Of a stretch of 64,000 bases of DNA, positions 9,392 through 18,534 are shown in pieces. A program made the translations under genes and the position numbers. Where the stretch lies: positions 1-64,000 of IMG/VR virus record IMGVR_UViG_2920580016_000003; one strand, 5' to 3'. Under the pieces are notes generated by a model that did not search any database, was not told the origin of the DNA, and saw only the letters and a program-made list of their open reading frames with translations. The stretch's first letter is position 1; every line of letters begins with the position of its first letter. Origin of the DNA: a virus. Its lineage: Duplodnaviria > Caudoviricetes.

Positions 9392-9927
9392 GCGACCGCG
9401 ACCTGACCGTCTACCGCAGCACGCACCCCGACGCGCTCACCGCCTGGCACACCGCCGCCGACGCCCGCCAAGAGTGGACCAAGCAGATGCAGGCGTTCCT
9501 CGACGAGCACGGCTTCGGCAAACGCACTGTCTACGTCGGCCACTCGGGGCGGGTCCTCGGCATCGAGCACGTCGACGGCGAGGACGCCCCCGACGGCTGG
9601 CGTGTCGATCAGCGCACTGGCTACCTCATGCCCCGACTGAAGACCCGGGCGGGCAAGCAGATCGACGCCCGCCTCGCCGAACTGGTGCAGCCGGACCCGC
9701 GCAACAAGATGCCGGGAATGCCCATGCAGTGCTTCGTCAGCCTCGCCCTGCTCACCTGCGGGATGCGGATCATCCGCGACACCCTGTACGCCGAGTGGAG
9801 CCGCCCGATCCCCCAAGACCAGGTGGACTCGGCGATCTGGCAGAGGATCAAGCTGTCGGAGTACTACGCCGCCCGCGAAGCCGACGAGGCGGTCGCTGAA
9901 CCGCAGAACGGCGGAGAAGCAGCATGA
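9388..9927 (+). CDS. Hypothetical protein
   Basis: ATGA-coupled ORF. Confidence 0.75.
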   Translation: MSDRDLTVYRSTHPDALTAWHTAADARQEWTKQMQAFLDEHGFGKRTVYVGHSGRVLGIEHVDGEDAPDGWRVDQRTGYLMPRLKTRAGKQIDARLAELVQPDPRNKMPGMPMQCFVSLALLTCGMRIIRDTLYAEWSRPIPQDQVDSAIWQRIKLSEYYAAREADEAVAEPQNGGEAA

Positions 9928-10541
9928 GCCTCGACATCGCCAAGCAGTTCGCCCGCGACACCGCCAACCACCGCCTCGAAACCCTGCACGACGACGGCCT
10001 GTACCGGCACATCCGGTTCTCAGCCCCGCCCAGCCTCGACTGGTTCGACCTGATCACGTGGCCGTACAACCTGATCGTCAACGGCTCCCACGGCTCCTAC
10101 CACTTCTGCCGCTTCGGCGACGACACCGAGGACATGTTCGCCCTGTTCCGCGACGGCTCGGCCGGTCGCCGCATCAACCCGCACTACTGGGCAGAGAAAG
10201 TCCGCGCTGGCGAGGTGATGACCTGGTCCGAGGCTGCGTTCCGGCAATGGGTGCTGCAGGAGGCGGCCGAACTGGCGCCTGAGCACCCGGGCATGATGCG
10301 CGCGGTCAAGCTCCAGATCCTCGACAGCGACGAGCACAACCTCGAATACGAGGAGACTGCCCGCTACGCCATCGCGTCCTTCCGGCACAAGGGTCTGCGG
10401 CTCGCCTTCCCGGAGTCGTGGGAGCGGACGTTCCAGGACTTCCACTGGCAGTACCTCTGGCAGTGCCACGCCGTCGTGTGGGGCATCGCCAAGTACGACG
10501 CCACGAAGGCGACCGCCCGGGAGGCGGTGCCGACGTCATGA
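9924..10541 (+). CDS. Conserved hypothetical phage protein
   Basis: HDDGLYRHIRF, WFDLITWP, INPHYWAEKV motifs seen in many phage proteins. Confidence 0.75.
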   Translation: MSLDIAKQFARDTANHRLETLHDDGLYRHIRFSAPPSLDWFDLITWPYNLIVNGSHGSYHFCRFGDDTEDMFALFRDGSAGRRINPHYWAEKVRAGEVMTWSEAAFRQWVLQEAAELAPEHPGMMRAVKLQILDSDEHNLEYEETARYAIASFRHKGLRLAFPESWERTFQDFHWQYLWQCHAVVWGIAKYDATKATAREAVPTS

Positions 10542-10810
10542 CCCCCACCGCGCTCACCATCGCCGCCACCCTCGCCGCCGTCAGCGCGGCCACGCTCGGC
10601 CACTATCTCCGCCCCACCGCGCGCGCGAAGCGGCAGCACGCCCGCTATCAGCGACTGGTGCGCCGCCTGTGGGCCGCCGAATTCGAGAAGGTCCGGCTCA
10701 CCGTCGAAGGCCGCATCGCCATCCACAGCCTCGAAACCCTGTGGCTCCGCCTCCTGGCCGACCACCCCGAACTGTACCGAACCCAGGACGTGCAGAGCGG
10801 AGGCGCCTGA
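10538..10810 (+). CDS. Hypothetical membrane-anchored protein
   Basis: N-terminal hydrophobic stretch; coupled start. Confidence 0.6.
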   Translation: MTPTALTIAATLAAVSAATLGHYLRPTARAKRQHARYQRLVRRLWAAEFEKVRLTVEGRIAIHSLETLWLRLLADHPELYRTQDVQSGGA

Positions 10811-11067
10811 TGCGAGACCTCACCCACGCCACCGCCGAGCGGATCCTCGCCCGCGCACTCCACAACGAGGTCAACCACCTCGAACCGCGCGACCGCCTGC
10901 CCGCCATCCTCAACACCGCGCACGCCTCGCGCCGCTTCCGGCGGTGGACCCTCGCCGCCGCCGCCGTCCTACTCATCCTCGCCGGACTCCTCTACACCGC
11001 CGCCAACACCAGCGAGCCGGAGCCCGAGCGTCTTCCCGCCCACGTGACCCGCCTGCTGGAGGCATAA
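10810..11067 (+). CDS. Hypothetical membrane protein
   Basis: TLAAAAVLLILAGLLY transmembrane segment. Confidence 0.6.
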   Translation: MRDLTHATAERILARALHNEVNHLEPRDRLPAILNTAHASRRFRRWTLAAAAVLLILAGLLYTAANTSEPEPERLPAHVTRLLEA

Positions 11068-11526
11068 ATGTCCACCACCGGCGCATCCGCCAACACCAAG
11101 CTCGAACCCTGCCAGGAACTCCGGCAGGCCGCCACCACCCTCCGCGAGACCGCGGCCAACGCCACCCGAGGTCCGTGGCGGCGAGTCGCCGACGCCGACC
11201 CCGACTTCATCACCAGATACAGCCCGAACCACATCGCCAACTGGGAAGGCGACTACCTCGACTCCGTCGCCAACGCGGGCGACGGCGAGCAGGCAAACCG
11301 GGACGCATCCTGGATCTGCCTTGTCAGCCCGCTGCTCGCCGAACCGCTTGCCGCGCTGCTCGACCACTTCGCGGCGAAGTACGAGCGGCTGCATGAGATA
11401 TTCGGCGCTCCTATCTCAGGGCCTGACGACCGGCTGGCCAAGGGCGAGCCGGAGTTGCACGTCGACTTCGCCCTGGCTGTGGCTCGGGTCATCAACGGCA
11501 CCGCCCCCACGGCAGGTGCCCGATGA
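11068..11526 (+). CDS. Hypothetical actinophage protein (Ead/Ea22-like)
   Basis: ELRQAATTLRE..A.AT.GPW...DASWI.L.SP..AEPLAALL. Confidence 0.6.
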   Translation: MSTTGASANTKLEPCQELRQAATTLRETAANATRGPWRRVADADPDFITRYSPNHIANWEGDYLDSVANAGDGEQANRDASWICLVSPLLAEPLAALLDHFAAKYERLHEIFGAPISGPDDRLAKGEPELHVDFALAVARVINGTAPTAGAR

Positions 11527-11861
11527 GCCACCTCGCCAACGCTCTGAGCGCCGAGATCGACGACTTCACCGCGTGCGACTGCCTCGACAAGATCCTCGCC
11601 CGCGCCCGCCGGACCCGCCCGGCCGCGACTTCCCCCACGGCCGGGCCCGCACGGTGCGTCTACCGCACCGCCTGGCGCTACTGGGCCGCAGGCGTCCTCG
11701 CCTCGTTCCTGGCGATCGAGCTGCCCGGCCTGCGCACCCACGACGGCCACGGCACCCTCACCGCCCAACTCCGGCGCCGCCGGACACTCGCCGCCGCCGC
11801 AATCGCGGCCTTCGGAGCCTGGGCGACCGTTCACATCGGACTCCAGGGACGTGACACATGA
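11523..11861 (+). CDS. Hypothetical membrane protein
   Basis: Two hydrophobic segments; coupled. Confidence 0.6.
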   Translation: MSHLANALSAEIDDFTACDCLDKILARARRTRPAATSPTAGPARCVYRTAWRYWAAGVLASFLAIELPGLRTHDGHGTLTAQLRRRRTLAAAAIAAFGAWATVHIGLQGRDT

Positions 11862-12328
11862 ACCGGCCCAAAGCGCGTGGTACTGCGGCGGAATCCGCCG
11901 TGGTCAAGACACTGCGCATTCACGGTTTCCCGCACGCAGAAAGACGAGCCCTGGCCGGCTGCCAGGACCTCGGAGACATCACCGGCTGCCCCGGCATCGT
12001 CTTCGAAGTGAAGGGCGGCGACGCGGCCCGCAACGCCTCCGACGCCCAGATCGCCGCATGGATGGTCGAAACCGAGGTCGAGCGCGTGAACGCCCGCGCC
12101 GAAGTCGGCGTGCTCGTCGTCCAACGCCGCGGCGTCGGAGCACAGAACGCGCACCGCTGGTGGGCGCACATCACCAGCCGCACCCTCACCGCCCTCATGG
12201 AACCGTCGATCGCCCTGTTCGACGAGGCGCCCGACGTGCCCGTCCGGCTCCTACTCGGCGACGTGACCCAGCTGCTGCGCTGGGCCGGCTACGGGACACC
12301 GCTCGAGGCCGAAGCGGTGGCGTCATGA
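11858..12328 (+). CDS. Holliday junction resolvase-like PD-(D/E)XK nuclease
   Basis: KARGTAAE...DLGDI...IVFEVKG actinophage HJR signature. Confidence 0.8.
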   Translation: MNRPKARGTAAESAVVKTLRIHGFPHAERRALAGCQDLGDITGCPGIVFEVKGGDAARNASDAQIAAWMVETEVERVNARAEVGVLVVQRRGVGAQNAHRWWAHITSRTLTALMEPSIALFDEAPDVPVRLLLGDVTQLLRWAGYGTPLEAEAVAS

Positions 12329-12774
12329 ACGCCACCGCGGTCAAGCCGCTGACGGTGCTGGAGCAGCTCCGCAACGTCCGCTGCGACCAGCAGATCCAGC
12401 AACGACACCTCGCCGGAATGATCGGCGTCGCCCCCAACAGCGTCGGCCACTGGGAACGCGGCATCTCCGCCCCCAACATCCGCCACGTCATCGCCTATGC
12501 CCGCGTCGTCGGCCGACGCCTCGTAGTCGCCCGCAACAACCAGGTCGTCGCCGACCTCGCCACGGTGCTACCCCGGCTGGCCGACCTGCGCGGCCGCCAG
12601 CGGCTGACGCGGTGCGACGTCGCCGAACGGCTGAACGCCGACTACGGATACGTGTCCGCGATCGAACGGCAGACCAGGACGGGGGTCGGAGTCCGGCTGT
12701 CGACGCTCGAGCGGTATCTCGCCGCACTCGGCTACCAGATCAACGTCGCGCCTCTCCCGGAGGGTGCCTCATGA
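12325..12774 (+). CDS. Tandem XRE-HTH regulator
   Basis: Two HTH_3 repeats (QRHLAGMIGVAPNSVGHWERG; RCDVAERLNADYGYVSAIERQ). Confidence 0.8.
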   Translation: MNATAVKPLTVLEQLRNVRCDQQIQQRHLAGMIGVAPNSVGHWERGISAPNIRHVIAYARVVGRRLVVARNNQVVADLATVLPRLADLRGRQRLTRCDVAERLNADYGYVSAIERQTRTGVGVRLSTLERYLAALGYQINVAPLPEGAS

Positions 12775-13097
12775 GCAAGCACCGCCGCATCATCACCTGC
12801 ATCTGCTGCGGACAGGACGGCCCCAGCCGCGCCCGCCGCCTCATCCAACCCTGCTACGACCGCCACAAAAAACGCGGCACCCTCACCCAATACCCGCGCG
12901 TCACCAACCCCGACACCTGGCACCCCACCGGCAGCCACGGCCAACGGATGCTCGCCCGCTACCAGCAGCTCACCAGCCTCCGGCCGCCGCTCAGCATCGC
13001 CCGCATCGCGTTCGAACTCGGCGTGTCCGAACGGCAAGTCCAACGCTACGCATCCGCGACACGAGCCACCGGCGCCATCTCGGAGGTGGCGGCTTGA
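12771..13097 (+). CDS. Cys-motif plus C-terminal HTH protein
   Basis: CICCG N-terminus; SIARIAFELGVSERQVQRY HTH. Confidence 0.7.
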   Translation: MSKHRRIITCICCGQDGPSRARRLIQPCYDRHKKRGTLTQYPRVTNPDTWHPTGSHGQRMLARYQQLTSLRPPLSIARIAFELGVSERQVQRYASATRATGAISEVAA

Positions 13098-13561
13098 GCG
13101 GACGACCCCGGCCCATCATCTGCCTCGACTGCGAACAGCGCGGCTTCCACGGCGGCCGCGGCCTATGCAACGCCTGCTACAGCCACCACACCCGGATGGG
13201 CACGCTGCACAAGTGGCCGACCGTGCGCGGCAACACCGCCTGGCAAAACAGCCACCTCCTCGAACCACTACCGCCGCCCCACCCAGAAGAGCCGGAGCCG
13301 GCTCACCACAGCGGCGACACCACCTGGGAGGCGCGCAGCGCATGCCGAGGCGCCGACGGCGAAATCTGGTTCCCCATTTCCGAGACCGGCGACAATCCGC
13401 AGGTCAAAGTCGCCAGACGCATCTGCCGCGGCTGCCCCGTCCGCGAAGCCTGCCTCAACTACGCGCTCACCACCCGGCAGGCGCACGGCATCTGGGGCGG
13501 CCTCACCTCGCCAGAGCGGCGCCAACTCGAACTCCGCCAAGCCGAAAGGGCAACGGCATGA
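13094..13561 (+). CDS. whiB: WhiB-family Fe-S transcription factor with N-terminal Cys module
   Basis: C-x14+-C-x2-C-x5-C (ACRG...RICRGCPVREACL) and GIWGGLT turn; TTG start overlapping the previous stop. Confidence 0.9.
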   Translation: MSGRPRPIICLDCEQRGFHGGRGLCNACYSHHTRMGTLHKWPTVRGNTAWQNSHLLEPLPPPHPEEPEPAHHSGDTTWEARSACRGADGEIWFPISETGDNPQVKVARRICRGCPVREACLNYALTTRQAHGIWGGLTSPERRQLELRQAERATA

Positions 13562-13914
13562 CCACCACCACGACCTACGACCTGTGGCAGCACGTCACCA
13601 CCGCACTCGACTGGCTGGACGCCGCCAACGGCCGCAGCGAGCACGCGACCACCATGCAAATCCTGAAGATCACAGAGGAGGCTGGTGAGGTGGCCGCCGC
13701 CTACATCGGCATGACCGGCCAGAACCCGCGCAAGGGCGTCACCCACACCCGCGAGGACGTCGCGGGGGAGTTGTGCGACGTCGTCATCACCGCACTCGTC
13801 GCACTCGCCGCCATCACCGGCAGCACCGCCGACGCCCAGGCGGCACTCGACCGGCACCTCGCCCGCCGCAGACCCCGATTGGCCGCCCTCCTCGCCGAAG
13901 GAGTCACCGCGTGA
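13558..13914 (+). CDS. MazG-like nucleotide pyrophosphohydrolase
   Basis: LKITEEAGEVAAA...ELCDV. Confidence 0.85.
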   Translation: MTTTTTYDLWQHVTTALDWLDAANGRSEHATTMQILKITEEAGEVAAAYIGMTGQNPRKGVTHTREDVAGELCDVVITALVALAAITGSTADAQAALDRHLARRRPRLAALLAEGVTA

Positions 13915-14162
13915 ACACCGCGACCACCGATATCGCCGCGACCCGCACCGGGTGGCGGGCATGGATGAGCTGGATCCGCCCCTGGTACATCGGCGCCGTC
14001 ATCGGCGGCGACATCGAGGGCCACATCTACCCCGACTGCGAACGCCTCCTGCGCATCGAATCCGAGCCGCGGGAAGGCGCCGGCTGGCTCGACCCCGCAC
14101 AGGGCCCTGTCTGCGACCCGTGCAAGGCGCGCCACAACGTCGGAGAGGAGCGGCCCGCATGA
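13911..14162 (+). CDS. Hypothetical protein
   Basis: H.YPDC..L and CDPC motifs; coupled. Confidence 0.6.
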   Translation: MNTATTDIAATRTGWRAWMSWIRPWYIGAVIGGDIEGHIYPDCERLLRIESEPREGAGWLDPAQGPVCDPCKARHNVGEERPA

Positions 14163-15256
14163 AAATCTCTGTGGAACCCAGCCTGTTCGCCGACCTCGTA
14201 GCCCGCGCCGGGCACCACACATCCGGCCCCATCGAACCCGTTCTCGCCGGGCTGCTCCTCGAAGCCGACGGCGCCACCATGACGGTGTCGGCGTTCAACC
14301 GCGAATCCTCGTTCCGCGCCACCATGCCGGCCGAAGTCGCCGAACCTGGGAAGACACTGCTGCCCGGCCGCCTCCTAGCCGACGCCGCCAAAGGGTTGGC
14401 GAAGCGCCACGACTTCCTGCAGATGGCGTCCACCACAGCCGAGACGACGATCACCTGCGGCAGCGCGGTGATGACGATCCGGGCGCTACCCGCCGACGAC
14501 TTCCCAGCACTGCCCCAGCCAGCCGCCGCCGTCGGCACGGTGGACGCCGCGGATCTGCGCGACGCCGTTTCCCAGGTGGCGCCCGCCTGCAAACCGGAAA
14601 AACCGGTGAAGCCGGAGCACGCCGTCGTGCGGATGGACATCGACGGCGACGAGATCACGTGGGTGGGTGCAGACAACTATCGGATGGCCACCCGTATCAC
14701 GCCGTGGAACCCCGGCACCCCGGACGCCCGGCTGGCGGCGCATGTGCCAGTGCGCGCCTTCCGCGACATGGTGAAGGACTTCGGCAAAGGCTCGGTGACG
14801 CTCGGCGTGAGCGACACCCTCGTCTCTCTCGCCAGCGCTGAGCAGACGGTGACGATCGGCCAGTATCAGATCGACGAATACACCGACTACAAGCCGCGCC
14901 TCGCCAAACCCCTCCCCACCACCGTCACAGTGGAGACGGAGGCGCTGCTCGAGGCCGTGAAACGCGTCGTGCTGTTCGCGGAAAACCAGGACGTCACCCT
15001 CGACATCGGGCCAGACGAAATCAGCGTCCACGCCGGCGACATCGCAGGCGTCGGCCGCGGCGCCGACACCGTGCCATGCGAAGTGGGCGGCGACACGATG
15101 ACGCTCCGCTTCCAGCCGCCATTCCTCATCGACGGACTCGAAGGCGTCCACACGGAAAAGACCGTGATCGGCATGACGGCGCCCGGCCGCTACATCCTCA
15201 TCTCATCCACCGACCAAGCGTTCAAGTATCTAGCCGTGCCGTTGAGAGCGCGATGA
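14159..15256 (+). CDS. dnaN: DNA polymerase III beta sliding clamp homolog
   Basis: 365 aa; PVLAGLLLEA, LLPGRLLADAAK, LPADDFPALP, DNYRMA, RFQPPFLIDGL, YKYL-like C-terminus. Confidence 0.9.
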   Translation: MKISVEPSLFADLVARAGHHTSGPIEPVLAGLLLEADGATMTVSAFNRESSFRATMPAEVAEPGKTLLPGRLLADAAKGLAKRHDFLQMASTTAETTITCGSAVMTIRALPADDFPALPQPAAAVGTVDAADLRDAVSQVAPACKPEKPVKPEHAVVRMDIDGDEITWVGADNYRMATRITPWNPGTPDARLAAHVPVRAFRDMVKDFGKGSVTLGVSDTLVSLASAEQTVTIGQYQIDEYTDYKPRLAKPLPTTVTVETEALLEAVKRVVLFAENQDVTLDIGPDEISVHAGDIAGVGRGADTVPCEVGGDTMTLRFQPPFLIDGLEGVHTEKTVIGMTAPGRYILISSTDQAFKYLAVPLRAR

Positions 15257-15750
15257 ACAGGATCACCCTCGAAGAACTCGAGCGACCGTGCACCCGGTGT
15301 GGACACCTGCGGGCCGTCCACACCGGCGGCGCCAACGCGTGGGGTCGACTCGATCGACAAGTTGCTGCCAACCCCGACGACGCGCAATGGAGCGGGCAAC
15401 AAGGTGAACAACCACGGGGACCTGCTCCTGCCAGGAGTGGCGGAGGCCATATCGACTGGGGCCCTTACGGGCTCGCGATCCGCCGCTGGGAAGCGGCGTC
15501 CGGCCGGCGAGCACCCCGACCAACCCAGCCTGGACGATCTGGACGCGATCAGCTAGCGCCCGCCTTCTCCGAATGGATGATGGGCCTCCCTGAAGGCCAT
15601 GTCACCGGCATCCCCCGTCCTGACGGGATGAGCCTGGCCGGCTACCGCAACGCCCAACTGAAGGTGATCGGCGGAGGCGTGGTGCCGGCCCAGGCGGCGT
15701 ACGCGCTGCGTATCCTCCTCGCCCGCGCAAGCCTGGAGGTGACGGAGTGA
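15253..15750 (+). CDS. C5-methyltransferase C-terminal (beta-subunit-like) fragment
   Basis: IDWGPY..AIRRWE...LAPAFSEWMMGLPEGHVT...RNAQLKVIGGGVVPAQA (motifs IX-X region); no motifs I-VIII. Confidence 0.7.
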   Translation: MNRITLEELERPCTRCGHLRAVHTGGANAWGRLDRQVAANPDDAQWSGQQGEQPRGPAPARSGGGHIDWGPYGLAIRRWEAASGRRAPRPTQPGRSGRDQLAPAFSEWMMGLPEGHVTGIPRPDGMSLAGYRNAQLKVIGGGVVPAQAAYALRILLARASLEVTE

Positions 15751-16799
15751 TCATTGACCTGTTCGCGGGCCCTGGCGGCTGGGACATCGGGGCGACCCGG
15801 CTCGGATTCGAAGTGACCGGCATCGAACGCGACCACTCAGCATGCGAGACCCGCCGAGCCGTCGGCCTGGCAACCGTCGAAGGCGACGTCCGCCACTACG
15901 GGCCGGCCGACTTCCCCGAAGCGTCCGACCTCATCGGCTCCCCGCCATGCCAGCCGTACTCGGTCGGCGGCAAGGGGCGAGGCCGGGCCGCCCTCGACAC
16001 CGTCCTCGCCCTAGCCGCCCATCTCGCCTCCCGGCAGAACATCACCCAGGCCCTCGCCGGCTTCGACGACGATCGGACCGGCCTGGTACTCGAACCGCTG
16101 CGATGGGCCCTGGAGGCGATCGACGCCGGGCGCCCCTACAAGACGGTGCTGCTGGAGCAGGTATCAACCGTGCTCCCCGTATGGGAAGCATTCGCCCGCA
16201 TCCTGCGGGCGGAAGGCTACAGCGTCGCAACCGGGCGGCTGTCCGCCGAAGAGTACGGCGTACCGCAGACCCGCGTCCGGGCGTTCCTAGCCGCATCCCT
16301 GTCCGGGAAGGCGCGACTGCCGGAGCCGACCCACCACCGCTACCGCAAGGACGCCGTCCAAGGCCAAGAAGCTCTCTGGCTCCGCCCGTGGATATCCATG
16401 GCCGACGCGATCGGCTGGGGCATGACCGCCCGCCCCGCGTTGACCATCGCCGTCGGCACCGCCGCAGGAGGACCCGACCCGTCATGCGTCGGCGGATCCG
16501 GCGCCCGCGCCACCCTCTACGGCGAGCGCGACGCAGGCCGCTGGATCGACTGCACCCGCATCGTCGACGCCGACGATCTGCCCGCCTACCGGGGCGGGCG
16601 CCGCGACACCATCCGCCTCTCCGTCCAGGACGCCGCGATCCTCCAAACCTTTCCCGCCGACCACCCCTGGCAGGGGAGCCGGACCAAGCAGCTCGAACAG
16701 ATCGGCAACGCGGTTCCGCCGCTGCTGGCCATGCATGTCGTCGCCGCGGCGACAGGACTCGATCTGCCCGCCCACATGCGTCAGGAGGCTGCGGCATGA
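15747..16799 (+). CDS. DNA (cytosine-5) methyltransferase
   Basis: DLFAGPGG (I), SPPCQ (IV), LEQV (VI), PQTRVR (VIII), QIGNAVPP (X). Confidence 0.93.
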   Translation: MIIDLFAGPGGWDIGATRLGFEVTGIERDHSACETRRAVGLATVEGDVRHYGPADFPEASDLIGSPPCQPYSVGGKGRGRAALDTVLALAAHLASRQNITQALAGFDDDRTGLVLEPLRWALEAIDAGRPYKTVLLEQVSTVLPVWEAFARILRAEGYSVATGRLSAEEYGVPQTRVRAFLAASLSGKARLPEPTHHRYRKDAVQGQEALWLRPWISMADAIGWGMTARPALTIAVGTAAGGPDPSCVGGSGARATLYGERDAGRWIDCTRIVDADDLPAYRGGRRDTIRLSVQDAAILQTFPADHPWQGSRTKQLEQIGNAVPPLLAMHVVAAATGLDLPAHMRQEAAA

Positions 16800-17092
16800 G
16801 CAAGAACCTCACCTTGCAGGACCTGCTCGACCGCGGTGTTTCTTACCGCCGAATAGATCACTGGACGCGTAAGGGCTGGTTGCAGCCCGCCCATCAGGGC
16901 GGCACCGGTCACAACCGCGAATGGCCCCAGCACGAGTTGCAGGTCGCCGACCTGATGGGCCGCCTCGTCGACGCCGGCATCGCCGTCGACGTCGCCGCGC
17001 TCGCCGCCCGCGCCCACATCAACGGACGAAAGCGGATCCGACTCGCGTACGGGATCACCCTCACCATCGACACCGCGGAGGCATCGAGGTGA
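16796..17092 (+). CDS. MerR-like HTH protein
   Basis: VSYRRIDHWTRKGWLQP...GTGHNREW. Confidence 0.7.
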   Translation: MSKNLTLQDLLDRGVSYRRIDHWTRKGWLQPAHQGGTGHNREWPQHELQVADLMGRLVDAGIAVDVAALAARAHINGRKRIRLAYGITLTIDTAEASR

Positions 17093-18327
17093 CCGTCACC
17101 ATCATCCGCGGCGACGCCCGCGCGCTCCCGCTCCCCGACAACTCCGTGGATTTGATCTGCACGTCGCCGCCGTACTGGGGGCTACGGGACTACCGCGACG
17201 GCGACCAGTCCCTGCCTGGCCAGATTGGCAACGAGCCCACTCCGTGGGAGTACCTCGAAGCACTGTGGGAGTGCACCCGCGAGTGGATGCGGGTCCTCAA
17301 GCCGGAGGGCAGCCTCTTTGTGGTGCTCGGCGACAAGTACGCCACCCGCTGGTCCTCCCGCTCCGAAGGCGCAGGACTGCACCACAGCCGAGGCCGCGAC
17401 GCCCGCGGCGGCCGAAACACCACCGGCGTCCCCGGCAAGAGCCTCATCGGGCTGCCTTGGCGATACGCGCTCGGCTGTGTCGACCAGCTCGAGCTGATCC
17501 TGCGCGCCGAAATCGTGTGGGAGAAAGTCTCTGCGTTGCCGGAGAGCGTGACCGACCGAGTACGACGCGCCCACGAGCAGATCTTCCACTTCACCTCGAG
17601 GCCTCGCTACTACTCCGCCGTGGACGAAATCCGAGAGCCGCATCGTATGAAGCCGCAGCGACGACCGAACGGCCACAAGCAGCGCCAGCAGCTCGGCGTA
17701 CTGCCCGCGCAGACATACTCCACCAGCCAGCGCGACGAGGTCGGCGTCGATGGGCACCCGCTCGGCGCACTTCCCGGCAGCGTGTGGAATGTCGCCGCCC
17801 AACCCCTCAAGGTGCCCGAACACCTCGGCGTCGACCACTACGCGGCGTTCCCGATGGAGTTCCCGCGGCGCATCATCCGCGGCTGGTCCCCGCCCGGCAT
17901 CTGCACCGCCTGCGGCGAAGGGCGACGCCCTGTTGCCGATCGCAAGCCGATGATCTGGCGCGAATCGCCCACCATCGCCGGCCGCACCAACGGCAGGTCA
18001 TATAAGCCTGCGTCCGGCACCATGCTCGCGCCCGCGGAAACCCGGATCACCGGCTACGCCTGCGCATGCCCCACACCCGACGCACCCACCCGACCCGCGG
18101 TCATCGTTGATCCGTTTGGCGGGACCGGCACCACAGCTTTGATCGCCGACCTGTACGGCCGGCACGGCATCAGCGTCGACCGCTCGCTCGACTACTGCCG
18201 CATCGCCCAATGGCGCACCCAGGATCCGGGCGAACGTGCTCGAGGCCTCAAGCAGCCCAAGCCGAAGCCCGATCCCAGACAGCACGAGGATCAGCCAGCG
18301 CTGTGGGATGACGAGGCGATCGCATGA
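17089..18327 (+). CDS. Amino (N4C/N6A) DNA methyltransferase, beta class, with Cys insert
   Basis: TSPPYW (IV) N-terminal and DPFGGTGT (I) C-terminal; CTACG...CAC insertion. Confidence 0.92.
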   Translation: MTVTIIRGDARALPLPDNSVDLICTSPPYWGLRDYRDGDQSLPGQIGNEPTPWEYLEALWECTREWMRVLKPEGSLFVVLGDKYATRWSSRSEGAGLHHSRGRDARGGRNTTGVPGKSLIGLPWRYALGCVDQLELILRAEIVWEKVSALPESVTDRVRRAHEQIFHFTSRPRYYSAVDEIREPHRMKPQRRPNGHKQRQQLGVLPAQTYSTSQRDEVGVDGHPLGALPGSVWNVAAQPLKVPEHLGVDHYAAFPMEFPRRIIRGWSPPGICTACGEGRRPVADRKPMIWRESPTIAGRTNGRSYKPASGTMLAPAETRITGYACACPTPDAPTRPAVIVDPFGGTGTTALIADLYGRHGISVDRSLDYCRIAQWRTQDPGERARGLKQPKPKPDPRQHEDQPALWDDEAIA

Positions 18328-18339
18328 GCGGGGACACCG

Positions 18340-18534
18340 ATGCCCTGGATCAGCCGCTGCTCGACCTGCCGGCGGCCCGCCACCCGCACCATCACCGGCC
18401 GAGTCCGCGGCAAAAGCCTCTACAGCGCTCTCTCCTGCGACGACTGCGCACCCAAACACCGCGCCCTCGCACAGAAAGCAGGGCCCGTCGTAGAGGAGCC
18501 GCTCAAGGGGCGAGCCCAAGACCCCCTGTTCTGA
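18340..18534 (+). CDS. Small zinc-finger-like protein
   Basis: CSTC...CDDC. Confidence 0.55.
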   Translation: MPWISRCSTCRRPATRTITGRVRGKSLYSALSCDDCAPKHRALAQKAGPVVEEPLKGRAQDPLF

